Origin: Actinomycetota bacterium
GTDB lineage: Bacteria; Actinomycetota; Acidimicrobiia; Spongiisociales; UBA4744
Reading direction: 5' to 3'
DNA length: 64,000 nt
Assembly: GCA_013152275.1 (NCBI GenBank)
Contig: JAADGS010000027.1
Span: 1 to 64,000 of the forward strand
This document shows positions 22,226 to 31,392 of this stretch, one piece after another (the first letter of the stretch is position 1; each line of letters opens with the position of its first letter). The translations under genes and the position numbers were made by a program. The notes under the pieces are model-generated. The model had not been told where the DNA came from and searched no databases. It saw nothing but the letters and a program-made list of their open reading frames with translations.

Positions 22226-22726
22226 ATGCGTTTGCGAAAACTCACGATCCTGCTGTTGGCCGTCGCCCTCATCGGTGCCGTGTTGGCAGTACCCGCCCTC
22301 GCCGAAGAGACCGGTGGGAATGGCGACGCCCTTGTCTCGGGCCGAGGATGGCTCTGGGCGAAAGGTGTCGGGGAAGTACGGTTCGACATGGGCGGCCGGG
22401 TGCAGCTCCTCATCGACGGTGATGTGACGATCAGCGATTTCGCCGGTGACATGAAGGTCAAGATCATCAGCGAGGACACGTTCCGAGAGAATGGGATTGC
22501 GGTCGCCGACGAGGAGTATGTCGGCAGCGACCTGACCCTCGAAGACTTCCGCGGCTACGTCGCCGTGGAAGGCACCCACTTCCTGCTGGAGGCTCAGGGG
22601 AAGGCCAGGCTTCGAGCCCACGGCGGTGGTGTCGCGTATCTTGCGGGACGAGGCTGGTACAAGACCGACAGCGGACCGATGGTCCGGTGGATCGGCACCG
22701 GGACGGAGGTCGAACTGGCCGGATGA
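22226..22726 (+). CDS. Hypothetical secreted beta-rich protein
   Basis: AAGGAGG RBS; signal peptide MRLRKLTILLLAVALIGAVLAVPALA; Gly-rich beta-strand pattern. Confidence 0.75.
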   Translation: MRLRKLTILLLAVALIGAVLAVPALAEETGGNGDALVSGRGWLWAKGVGEVRFDMGGRVQLLIDGDVTISDFAGDMKVKIISEDTFRENGIAVADEEYVGSDLTLEDFRGYVAVEGTHFLLEAQGKARLRAHGGGVAYLAGRGWYKTDSGPMVRWIGTGTEVELAG

Positions 22727-22751
22727 GTCGGTGACACGAAGGGCCCGGCCG

Positions 22752-23603
22752 TCAGGTCGGGCCCTCGGACTGTGTTCCTGCAGCAATGCCGGCGCCGACG
22801 ACGAGTGCGACGCCGATCCACGACCACGTATTTCCGGGTTCGCGCAGGAACAAGGCAGCCCACACGACCGCCGAGGCGGGCTCCAGGTACGAGAGGATCG
22901 CGATGCTCATGACGGGCAGGGTCGCTATGAGCGACCAGTAGATCATCAACCCGACGCCGGTGAGTACGACTCCAAGGAGGACGATCTTCCACCAGTACAC
23001 CGGAATCTCGGGAATCGACATGGCAGCCCAGGGTGTCATGACGAGAGCCGCGACACTCATCTGCAGGCCCGCCAGCTTGAGTCCCCCCACCTGTTGAGCG
23101 GCCGGCTTTCCGATGAGGACCATGGCGGCGAAGGTGGCCGCGGCAATGAGACCGGTGATCACGCCCTCTGCGGTGACGCCGGCACCCGGACGTGCCACCA
23201 GGATCACACCGACCAGGGCGGCCGCGAGAGCGATGATGGATCTGCGCTTGAGTGGTTCACCGAGAACTGCACGAGCCAGGGTCCCCATCGCGACAGGTCC
23301 GAGGTAGACCAACACCAGGGCCACCGCCACCGTCGTCGTCTTGATCGACCAGAAGAACGCGGCCCAGTGGATGGCCAGAAGGATCCCGATCGTGACGATC
23401 CGGCCGAGCGGGTCGGTACGTCGAAGGTGGAGCTCACCTCGGATTCCGAGGACGATGAGTACCGTGATTGCACCGAGCCAGAGCCGCAAGGCCGCGAGCT
23501 GTTCTGCGGGCAGGGAGACGGTCCGGACGATCAGGGGAATCGTGCCCCACGCCGCCGCCACGACCGCCATGGTGGCGGACGCAACGACACGAGGGCGGGC
23601 CAT
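22752..23603 (-). CDS. DMT/EamA family transporter
   Basis: About 10 TM segments in two EamA repeats; AAAWG…, LVYLGPV, LSYLEPASA…LFLRE. Confidence 0.88.
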   Translation of the reverse strand: MARPRVVASATMAVVAAAWGTIPLIVRTVSLPAEQLAALRLWLGAITVLIVLGIRGELHLRRTDPLGRIVTIGILLAIHWAAFFWSIKTTTVAVALVLVYLGPVAMGTLARAVLGEPLKRRSIIALAAALVGVILVARPGAGVTAEGVITGLIAAATFAAMVLIGKPAAQQVGGLKLAGLQMSVAALVMTPWAAMSIPEIPVYWWKIVLLGVVLTGVGLMIYWSLIATLPVMSIAILSYLEPASAVVWAALFLREPGNTWSWIGVALVVGAGIAAGTQSEGPT

Positions 23604-23613
23604 CAGGAGGAGG

Positions 23614-24558
23614 TCAGCAGAACGTGTCTGGTGGGAGACTTGGTTGACGTCGGATGTGTTCGTTCTCGGGCGAGAACGCAAACTCCCAATACGCCGCCTG
23701 GGCTCTGGTAGCAGGCCGGTCGGTATCGCGGGCCATGAAGAGCGTCGTTGTGAGGTCCATGTCTTCGATCTGGATGGGAACGACCGTCCCGGCCTTCGTG
23801 GCCTCGCAGGCAACGGACATCGAGACGAACGCAACTCCGATCTTTTCCTGTACCGCCCCGCAGATGGCTTCCGAGTTCCCGAGCACCATCACCTTCTCGA
23901 GATCGTCGATGGTCATATCGTGCCAGGAGAGCCCTTCGATCACCGCTCCGCGGGTTCCCGACTGGGACTCTCGAAGGATGAACTGACCTGCGAGTAGCTC
24001 CTTGGGTTTGAGAGGACGTTCGAGTGTCGCCCAGGGATGATCCGGCGGGACGATCAACACGATCCGATCGGTCAGGAACGGCCGGTATTCGATGCCTTTG
24101 TACGGTTCTCGGAGGCTCGTCAGTGCGAGCTGAACGTCACCTTCGCGCAGTTTCTCCAGTGCCATGTGGCGGCCGGTCACGTCACAGATGAGGCCCACTC
24201 TCGGGAAGCGCTTGTGAAAGCCGGCCATGAGTTTCGGAATGACGTACTTTCCGGCAGCCGTGCTGCACCCGAGCTTGAGCACTCCGACGATTTCTCCCTG
24301 CAACGAGGCCATCGCCTCCTCCAGGTGGATGGTGCGGTCGATGACGTCGCGGGCCATCGGGATGAGTACCCGGCCCGGGTCCGTCAGGGTGACCTGTCTG
24401 CCTGTGCGGGTGAACAGGGGGACTTTGAGTTTCTCTTCCAAAGACCGGATCTGCATCGAGATTGCAGGCTGTGAGATGCTGAGCCTTCTGGCAGCCTCGG
24501 AGAAGTTTTCGGTCTCGGCCGCGGCGAGGAAGATCTGGAGTTCTCTCGGGTTGAGCAT
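23614..24558 (-). CDS. LysR family transcriptional regulator (CysL-like binding domain)
   Basis: LQIFLAAAETENFSEAARRLSISQPAISMQIRSLEE HTH; FILRESQSGTR. Confidence 0.93.
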   Translation of the reverse strand: MLNPRELQIFLAAAETENFSEAARRLSISQPAISMQIRSLEEKLKVPLFTRTGRQVTLTDPGRVLIPMARDVIDRTIHLEEAMASLQGEIVGVLKLGCSTAAGKYVIPKLMAGFHKRFPRVGLICDVTGRHMALEKLREGDVQLALTSLREPYKGIEYRPFLTDRIVLIVPPDHPWATLERPLKPKELLAGQFILRESQSGTRGAVIEGLSWHDMTIDDLEKVMVLGNSEAICGAVQEKIGVAFVSMSVACEATKAGTVVPIQIEDMDLTTTLFMARDTDRPATRAQAAYWEFAFSPENEHIRRQPSLPPDTFC

Positions 24559-24722
24559 AACCAAACTCTATCAGAAGCGAAGGGGAGAGCGCCACTTGAC
24601 TTCTTGCCAACGGGCTGTGGTTGATAAGGCGTTGTATGTGGTGCCGGCTTTGCTCGATAAGTGGTTCGTGATAAACTGTGGGTGTTCGTTCGGGAATCTC
24701 GAGCGGACCGTACAGTGAACGT

Positions 24723-24903
24723 GGCACCCTCGGCTACCTCCCTCCCGGCTGGGGGTGCTTCGCGTTGCCCTCAAGATCCAGACCGGATCGACCGATACCT
24801 GGTGGTGAGAGTGTCCTCGATGCGCCAACAGCAAACGGAGTACCCCCTTCCTCCAACTCACCGAGGACAACGGAGGCCCCCCGAGTTCGGGGGGCCTCCG
24901 CAT
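24723..24903 (+). ncRNA. Candidate small RNA with CU-rich loops, divergent from LysR
   Basis: TACAGT -10 at 24711; hairpin 24724-24758 with loop ACCTCCCTCCC; second C-rich loop at 24842-24855; strong terminal hairpin. Confidence 0.45.
24871..24900 (+). terminator. Strong hairpin upstream of surE
   Basis: CGGAGGCCCCCCGA-GT-TCGGGGGGCCTCCG perfect inverted repeat. Confidence 0.65.
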
Positions 24904-24924
24904 GCCGAGTACTCTGGCCCTCTC

Positions 24925-25725
24925 GTGGGGTATCTTCTGTTGACCAATGATGATGGCGCCGACTCGCCGGCCTTGCTGCCGTTTGCTCATGCGCTGCAAG
25001 AGATCGCAGAGGTCAAGGTGGTCGTTCCCGATCGCGAGCGCAGCTGGATCGGCAAGGCGATCACCAGGTTCGGGGAAATCCGGGTGCAGCGAACGGTTCT
25101 CGAAGGTGTCGAAGTGGTGGTGGCAGACGGGTTTCCTGCCGACTGCACCCAGCTTGGTGTGCATTCGTTGTTCGGGGCCCGGCCGGACATGGTCGTATCC
25201 GGTATCAACATCGGCTTGAACGACAGCCTGGCGTTCTTCCTGTCCAGCGGCACGGCCGGCGCGGCGGCCGAAGGATGGATTGCCGGTATCCCGGCATTCG
25301 CCTTCTCCACCGGGGTGACGAGTGACCATCGGTCATGGGCAAAACGCGTATGGGCGGGTGAGGACGCCGAGTTGTGGCCTCGCGCCGCCCAGATCAGTGT
25401 CGGCGTCGTAGGCGATGCCATGCGTAACGGCTACCCGAAAGGCGTCGATCTGCTCAATGTGAACTTCGGGATCGACGCGACCGTGCACTCATCCCGATTG
25501 ATCACGGATCTTGCCAAACTCGGTTATGACAGCATCTTCCGAGAACGAGAACCGGGCGTGTTCGTTCACGACTTCTCCACCGGCCTCCGGTTGCGTGGCG
25601 ACCTTTCGGGTACCGATGTGGAAGCGGTGGCGCGAGGCTTCGTGTCGATCACTCCGGTCCGCCTGGCGCACGCAGCCGAGATCAGCGATGAGGATCGACG
25701 TGTGTTGGAGCGGCACGACGGCTGA
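24925..25725 (+). CDS. surE: 5'/3'-nucleotidase SurE
   Basis: LLTNDDG, VVVPDRERSW, DGFPADC, VVSGINIG, SGTAGAA, LLNVN, VSITPV; start GTG 24925 (the ORF-track extension upstream is unlikely to be coding). Confidence 0.9.
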   Translation: MGYLLLTNDDGADSPALLPFAHALQEIAEVKVVVPDRERSWIGKAITRFGEIRVQRTVLEGVEVVVADGFPADCTQLGVHSLFGARPDMVVSGINIGLNDSLAFFLSSGTAGAAAEGWIAGIPAFAFSTGVTSDHRSWAKRVWAGEDAELWPRAAQISVGVVGDAMRNGYPKGVDLLNVNFGIDATVHSSRLITDLAKLGYDSIFREREPGVFVHDFSTGLRLRGDLSGTDVEAVARGFVSITPVRLAHAAEISDEDRRVLERHDG

Positions 25726-25728
25726 GCC

Positions 25729-26286
25729 CTACGCGAAGTCCTGGTGGATTCTGCTTGGTGTCGGTCCCCGCTGTCCCTGATACTTGCTGCCCGCCGTGCC
25801 GTAGGGGTGGTCGGCGGGTGTCGTCAACTCGTAGAAGGAGATCTGTCCGATCCTCATACCCGGGTAGATGGCGATCGGCAGCTTCGCAACGTTGGAGAGT
25901 TCGAGCGTGAGATAGCCGTCGAATCCGGGATCCACGAACCCGGCGGTCGAATGGATCAGCAGACCGAGCCGTCCGAGACTCGACTTGCCCTCGAGCCGTG
26001 CGACGACATCGTCGGCGAGACGAACTCGCTCCAGAGTGGAGCCGAGGACGAACTCGCCCGGGTGCAACATGAAGGGATCGTCGGCGCCGGTCTCCACGAG
26101 AGCGGTCAGATCCTCCTGGGCCAGTTTTGGGTCGATGTGGGAGTATCGGTGGTTCTCGAAGACCCGGAAGAACCGGTCGACCCTCAGGTCTACGCTGGAA
26201 GGCTGCACGAACGACTCGTCGAAGGGGTCGATGACGATGCGCCCCGAGTCCACGGCCTCTTTGATGGTCCTGTCTGAGAAGATCAC
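25729..26286 (-). CDS. dcd: dCTP deaminase
   Basis: [64 protein letters not shown] start after GGAGG. Confidence 0.96.
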   Translation of the reverse strand: MIFSDRTIKEAVDSGRIVIDPFDESFVQPSSVDLRVDRFFRVFENHRYSHIDPKLAQEDLTALVETGADDPFMLHPGEFVLGSTLERVRLADDVVARLEGKSSLGRLGLLIHSTAGFVDPGFDGYLTLELSNVAKLPIAIYPGMRIGQISFYELTTPADHPYGTAGSKYQGQRGPTPSRIHQDFA

Positions 26287-26364
26287 GGCTGCCTCCTGGG
26301 GGGATGGTAGATGAGAGACGTCCCCGGGGCACCAGGACCGACGACAACGGTGCGCCATGTCCTG

Positions 26365-26468
26365 CGAACCCAGGGCTCAGGGGGGTCGCCACGACGCCTA
26401 CGAACCCAGGGCTCAGGGGGGTCGCCACGACGCCTACGAGCCCAGGGCTCAGGGGGGTCCACGGCGCC
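26365..26468 (+). repeat. 36-bp head-to-tail tandem repeat (about 2.8 copies)
   Basis: CGAACCCAGGGCTCAGGGGGGTCGCCACGACGCCTA at 26365 and 26401, degenerate copy at 26437; no spacers. Confidence 0.92.
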
Positions 26469-26503
26469 CCTCTGTTCATACGACCGCCGAGCCACCGGTT
26501 TTC

Positions 26504-28228
26504 CTACCCCGGCGGGAAGAGCACGTGGACTCCGGTATCCACGGTCCACTGATCGCCGGTTTGCGTGTCGACGATGAACCGTCGACCCAGATCTTCGCTT
26601 TCGACGTAGGGAGCGTAGAGAGGCGGAACGGCGAGAGTGGCGGCCGCGTAGCGTCCATCGAATACGAGAGATGTCGTGAATGCCTGAGAGGCGATGATCG
26701 CGTCGGCGAGCACGGACCATCGATCGATTTCGGTTCCGTCGAGAGTAGACGTCAACACGATGGTCTGGGGGTTGTGCAGCGAGACGTCTGCGGTGTAGAC
26801 GAACGTGGAGCCATCAGGCGAGAGAACTGCGCATCCGGATGCCTTCGGCGGCTCCAGGTGTGCCGACTGGACGAGGTCGCCGAGACCGTAGAGGTCATAG
26901 GACGTCGAGTCGCCGACCACCGAGGTGACGAGGAGCTGGTTGCCACCAACCGTGGCACAAACGATCGAAGATTCGCTTCCGTCGAGATCCACCAGGGTCC
27001 GCACCTCGCTGCTTGCAAGGTCGTAGGCGGCGAGTCGCCGTCCGTCGGTCACCAGGGCGGTGGGGGCATCGTCGATCATGGCGACACCCGCAAGGCGCCA
27101 CGGATCTGCGGCAATGACTTTCTGGACCTCGACGGTGCCCGATTCGTAGGTGGCGAGACGAACACCACCGAAACCGGTGAAGAGAACCCGTCCGGCAACC
27201 GTCTGCACATCGGGAGCGTGTGAGGCGCTCGGCCATCCATACCATGTGGAGTCCGGGCCGCCGAACTGCAGGGCTCTGGACCGGACGAGCACGAAGTGAG
27301 TCGGGAGTCCATTCGGGAAGAGCCGGTCTTGTATGGATACGAGAGTGCGTCCGGGCCTACCTTCGGGTGGCAGTTCTCCAGCTGTCAAGCTGCCTTTGAA
27401 CAGCACGACCGGGATCTCGGTGTCGACGGGTCCTTCGGTCGAGTCGAACCGGATGCCAAAGGTGCGGCTTTGGGGATCGAGGGTTTCGCCATCAAGGATT
27501 TCGTACGAAGCGCCGCACAGAGCGGTCTCACAGAACGGTTCCAGGAGTTCATTCCACGGTGTGGTCCAGAGATCCGGGAATCGGGCCTCGATGGCGGGGG
27601 TGGTTCCTCGGTTCACGAGGAGACTTCCTGCCACATCCCACGCGCCGTCGGCAAGGGCTGCAAGGAGATCGTCGATGATCCGTCGGGCGTCGATCTCTGC
27701 GACCATCGACTCGGGCTCGACCCTGACGCCGACGATCAAGACCTGCCGGCTGTCTCCCGGGCCTCGAACCGTCTGGATGTCGTAGATCTCCCGCATCCGT
27801 CGATGGATTCTGTCTTCGATCTGGTAATCGATGAGCAGCGAACGGAGCGGCCCGAGATTGGTCTCACCTGCAGGGATGATGTTCGGGGTCTCGGGGAGTT
27901 GGAGCTGTGCAATATCGGAGCATGCGTAGAGGCAGAGCGGAAACGTCGAGTCTGCAAAGGCCTTCGCTGCCGTATCGGTGAGGCAACCTTCCGCGCCGAC
28001 ACCGTTGAGGCGATCGGTGTTGAACCGTGCGATCAGTTCGTCTGCGACCCGGACATCGGGGATCCGTTCACCGGTGAGCAGCGGGGTACCGCAGAGTCCG
28101 GGCCCGGTGCGCAGCGTTGTGCTTGTCGTCGTAATCGACGAAACCGTCGTGGTCGTGGGTATCCACACGGGGCGGGGTGGTGAACAGGCGGCTGCAAGCA
28201 GCAGGAGGGCGAGAAGGGCTCGTTGCAT
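26504..28228 (-). CDS. Hypothetical lipoprotein with Thr-rich linker and probable C-terminal beta-propeller
   Basis: MQRALLALLLLAAAC lipobox; TTTTVSSITTTSTT; LSPDG-type blade motif. Confidence 0.7.
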   Translation of the reverse strand: MQRALLALLLLAAACSPPRPVWIPTTTTVSSITTTSTTLRTGPGLCGTPLLTGERIPDVRVADELIARFNTDRLNGVGAEGCLTDTAAKAFADSTFPLCLYACSDIAQLQLPETPNIIPAGETNLGPLRSLLIDYQIEDRIHRRMREIYDIQTVRGPGDSRQVLIVGVRVEPESMVAEIDARRIIDDLLAALADGAWDVAGSLLVNRGTTPAIEARFPDLWTTPWNELLEPFCETALCGASYEILDGETLDPQSRTFGIRFDSTEGPVDTEIPVVLFKGSLTAGELPPEGRPGRTLVSIQDRLFPNGLPTHFVLVRSRALQFGGPDSTWYGWPSASHAPDVQTVAGRVLFTGFGGVRLATYESGTVEVQKVIAADPWRLAGVAMIDDAPTALVTDGRRLAAYDLASSEVRTLVDLDGSESSIVCATVGGNQLLVTSVVGDSTSYDLYGLGDLVQSAHLEPPKASGCAVLSPDGSTFVYTADVSLHNPQTIVLTSTLDGTEIDRWSVLADAIIASQAFTTSLVFDGRYAAATLAVPPLYAPYVESEDLGRRFIVDTQTGDQWTVDTGVHVLFPPG

Positions 28229-28409
28229 GAGACGAACGGCAGGGTAGTAGGGGGAGGGGTCGGCTCGGTGCTTCCGGAACGAAGGAAGGTGTGTTCCTCG
28301 AGTCCCGACAGAGGCGTTCCGCCTGCGGACAACACTCCTGGCATGGAGGGGTTCGGGCCCCGGCGGGCCGAGTGTCGGCGGGTCGTCGCCCGGAAGCATG
28401 CCGGAAGTC

Positions 28410-28886
28410 TCAGTTTCTGGCGGTGACCTGCACGGTGGCGAAGCCGGTGATCCACGTGTCCTCGATGTGGTTCTCGATCCGGTGGACGCCGGGGGATACA
28501 TCAGGAACGAGGGTTTCCGAGGAGTCGGGCAACCGAATACCGATCGCGGGAAGGGCCGTGGTTTGGCCCGGCATCACCGGAACGGTACCTGGCGATAACC
28601 CGGGCTTGTCGCGCGTGAGGAGGAAGAGCGGCTTCCGGTCCGCCCCGTTTCGGCGCCGGAATCCTGCACCGATCCCGACCATTTCTCCGGCGAGATCACC
28701 GTCGGGATCCATGGAGAGTCTTGCTCTTGTTCCTGCCACGAGCGGATTCGGTTCGAGACTCGTCTCGATCGTGGAGGTCGCGTCGCATTCGCATGCGGGA
28801 GGTGTGACACAGGCGGCGGTGGCCACATCAGCCGAACACGAGGCCGCGAGCAGTGTGAGGACGGGTGCGACTCCGGCCTGATACAC
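28410..28886 (-). CDS. Hypothetical protein (possible lipoprotein or remnant)
   Basis: LTLLAASC lipobox-like stretch and protein-like C-terminus; start uncertain. Confidence 0.4.
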   Translation of the reverse strand: MYQAGVAPVLTLLAASCSADVATAACVTPPACECDATSTIETSLEPNPLVAGTRARLSMDPDGDLAGEMVGIGAGFRRRNGADRKPLFLLTRDKPGLSPGTVPVMPGQTTALPAIGIRLPDSSETLVPDVSPGVHRIENHIEDTWITGFATVQVTARN

Positions 28887-28955
28887 GAAGCCGGGTCACG
28901 CCAGGTCGTCGCCGTGTCGAGGGTTTCCCATGCCGGTCCGCCGGCGCGGGTGGAG

Positions 28956-29026
28956 AGCGGGTGAGGGGAATCGAACCCCCGTTGCAAGCTTGGGAAGCTC
29001 GTGTTCTACCACTGAACTACACCCGC
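28956..29026 (-). tRNA. tRNA-Gly (anticodon CCC)
   Basis: GCGGGTG TA GTTCAGTGGTAGAAC A CGAGC TTCCCAA GCTTG CAAC GGGGG TTCGATT CCCCT CACCCGC T cloverleaf; CCA not encoded in register. Confidence 0.96.
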
Positions 29027-29039
29027 GAAGGTCGCAAGC

Positions 29040-29255
29040 TTACCCGATGAGACTGGCCACGGCCCAGACGGTGATGACCGCTCCGGCGACGAGCAGAAAC
29101 CAGGCTCGGCCTACGTGCAGGCTCCCCTCTTGGCCGACCGGACCTTCGCCCCTGCTGCCTTTCACGAGGGCAAACGCATTTCCCAAGACCATTGCCAGCC
29201 CGATTGCGAGCACCAGCAGCGCAATCGTCTCATCGAGGCTGAATAGTCCTGACAT
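29040..29255 (-). CDS. Small 2-TM membrane protein
   Basis: MSGLFSLDETIALLVLAIGLAMVLGNAFALV…AWFLLVAGAVITVWAVASLIG. Confidence 0.7.
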   Translation of the reverse strand: MSGLFSLDETIALLVLAIGLAMVLGNAFALVKGSRGEGPVGQEGSLHVGRAWFLLVAGAVITVWAVASLIG

Positions 29256-29343
29256 GATGGACGTTACGTTAGGAGCCTGACGGCGACGAGACGAAGTCGG
29301 CGGGGTTCTACGCACTCCATCCGGCACCCGTACAATGCGGCCC

Positions 29344-30249
29344 ATGCCGAGCAAAGGTTCCCGATCTGCGGTCATCGCCGCGCTGGTGGGCAACAGCAGC
29401 ATCGCCGCTGCAAAGTTCGTTGCCGCACTCCTTACCGGGAGTGCGGGCATGCTCGCAGAGGCGTTTCATTCGGTTGCGGACACCGGAAACCAGTTGTTGC
29501 TGCTGCGGGGTCTGGCAGTGTCGCATCGTGGCCGATCCGTGGAACATCCGTTCGGGCGCGGCAAGGAGGTGTACTTCTGGAGTTTCATGGTGGCGGTCAT
29601 GCTGTTCGTCGGCGGCGGCGTTCTGGCGGTTCAGCGCGGCATCCAGGCGCTGCAACATCCGCACGAGGTGACCGATTTCACGGTGAACTTCATCGTGCTC
29701 GGTGTTGCCGCCATAATCGAATCGCTGTCGTTTCGTGTGGCGCTGAGACACTTCAACAACGAACGGGGAAGCCGTGGCGTATGGCGTTCGTTGCGTGGGA
29801 CCAAGGACACTGCGGTATTGGTTGTCTTGCTGGAGGACAGTGCTGCCATCGTCGGGCTTCTGGTCGCCGCGGTCGGTCTGGCACTCACGCAGATCACGGG
29901 CTCGACGATATGGGATGGACTTGCATCGATCGTCATCGGTATTCTCCTTGGCCTCGTGGCCGTGCTGCTCGCTTCAGAGACAAAGGAGTTGCTGGTCGGC
30001 GAGGCGGCGGACCGTTCGGATCGTTCCGCCGTCAGGGGGGCGGTGCTGTCGGTCGATGAGGTCGAGGGCATCGGCAGGCTGCTCACGATGCATATGGGGC
30101 CGGAAGAGGTGCTGGTGAACATCGAGGTCGACCTTCGCGACGATCTCACCGGAGAGCAGGTGGAGGCTGCAACGAGACGGATCGAAACGGCCATCCGGGG
30201 CGTCCTTCCCGAAGCAGGTGACATCTTCGTGGAGTCGATCCATGTCTGA
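29344..30249 (+). CDS. Cation diffusion facilitator (CDF) transporter
   Basis: AEAFHSVADTGNQ, HPFGRGKEVYFWS, LLEDSAA, cytosolic dimerisation domain; TACAAT -10 seven nt before ATG. Confidence 0.92.
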   Translation: MPSKGSRSAVIAALVGNSSIAAAKFVAALLTGSAGMLAEAFHSVADTGNQLLLLRGLAVSHRGRSVEHPFGRGKEVYFWSFMVAVMLFVGGGVLAVQRGIQALQHPHEVTDFTVNFIVLGVAAIIESLSFRVALRHFNNERGSRGVWRSLRGTKDTAVLVVLLEDSAAIVGLLVAAVGLALTQITGSTIWDGLASIVIGILLGLVAVLLASETKELLVGEAADRSDRSAVRGAVLSVDEVEGIGRLLTMHMGPEEVLVNIEVDLRDDLTGEQVEAATRRIETAIRGVLPEAGDIFVESIHV

Positions 30250-31096
30250 AGCCTCGGCTCCGGGATCATCGGGGAATCTGGGCCCCGGATTCGACACCCT
30301 CGCACTGGCCGTGGAGCTTCGCTGCCGAGTCGATGCGGTTCCGGCCGATGCGTGGAAGATCAGTCATGTCGGTGTACATCGACCGGAGCATGGCGATGCC
30401 GTTCTTGCAGCGGCGCGTCTCGCCGTCGGGGATCGATCGCCGCTCCTGCTGACGGTCCGCAACGAGATTCCGATCGGTCGGGGATTGGGTTCCTCCGCGG
30501 CCGTGGCAGCAGCAGGCGCCGCGGCAGCGTGGCGCGCGGTCGGGCACACACCGGCGCTGTCGGAGCTATTCGGCATCGCGACGGAGATCGACGGTCACCC
30601 CGACAATGCGGCGGCCTCGGTCTACGGAGGTCTCGTCTCGGTGACGACAGAGGGAAACGTTCTTCGGCTCGCTCTGCATGAGAGCATCGAGTTGGTGATC
30701 GGAGTTCCCCGGGAGACGTTGGCGACGAAGGAGGCAAGGAAGGTGTTGCCGGACACGATCGATCGCAATGTGGGGGTGCGGAGCCTGCAGAGGATCGTTG
30801 CGTTGGTCGAGGGCCTGCGGACGGGTGATGCCGCGACACTGTCCGCCGCCGCAGGCGACGAGCTTCACGAATCGCCGCGTGCGCGTCTGAACCCCCGGGC
30901 GGAGCGACTGATCGATGCGGCACGACGCGCCGGAGCACTCCATGCGTGCTGGAGTGGTGCCGGTCCTTCCGTGCTCGCGCTCACGGCTGCCGGCAGCCGC
31001 ACGGCGGTGGTCGATGCGATGCGTGTCGAGCTCGGAATCGACGGCGTCGTGCTGACACCGGAGGTGGCGTTTGACGGGGTGAAGGAGATGGGCTGA
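30242..31096 (+). CDS. thrB: Homoserine kinase
   Basis: APGSSGNLGPGFD, IPIGRGLGSSAA, DGHPDNAA, WSGAGPS. Confidence 0.92.
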   Translation: MSEASAPGSSGNLGPGFDTLALAVELRCRVDAVPADAWKISHVGVHRPEHGDAVLAAARLAVGDRSPLLLTVRNEIPIGRGLGSSAAVAAAGAAAAWRAVGHTPALSELFGIATEIDGHPDNAAASVYGGLVSVTTEGNVLRLALHESIELVIGVPRETLATKEARKVLPDTIDRNVGVRSLQRIVALVEGLRTGDAATLSAAAGDELHESPRARLNPRAERLIDAARRAGALHACWSGAGPSVLALTAAGSRTAVVDAMRVELGIDGVVLTPEVAFDGVKEMG

Positions 31097-31162
31097 CAGG
31101 CTCCGGCTTGCGCTCGGACGTCGGAGCGTGCATGCTATTGGTCTCAACGCTCAGAGGTTCAC

Positions 31163-31252
31163 ATGGGTTCGCTGATCAAGAAGCGGCGCAAGAAGATGTC
31201 GAAACACAAGTACCGCAAGCGCCGCAAGGCCAATCGGCACAAGAAGAAGTAG
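31163..31252 (+). CDS. AURKAIP1/COX24-domain peptide (30S ribosomal protein bS22 family), 29 aa
   Basis: MGSLIKKRRKKMSKHKYRKRRKANRHKKK; GAGG RBS; below the ORF-track length cutoff. Confidence 0.9.
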   Translation: MGSLIKKRRKKMSKHKYRKRRKANRHKKK

Positions 31253-31392
31253 CGACGCGGCGGCGTTCACGCCGCCGGTTCGTCCCGCGAGGTCCGGCAA
31301 GGCCGGACCTCATCGCGTAGTCGCTCTCAGACGTGTCGTCGCGTGCGACGCTTCGCTCCCATGCCCCGGATGTCGCCGGTCCTGTTGGGTGA

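Noticed and set aside
24661..24924. N-terminal extension of SurE
   Set aside because: Runs through a strong hairpin, and SurE family similarity begins at LLTNDDG.
26365..26468. CRISPR array from the 36-bp repeats
   Set aside because: Units are head-to-tail with no unique spacers.
26290..28955. Active integrative element at tRNA-Gly
   Set aside because: No integrase and no duplicated tRNA 3' end found by eye.
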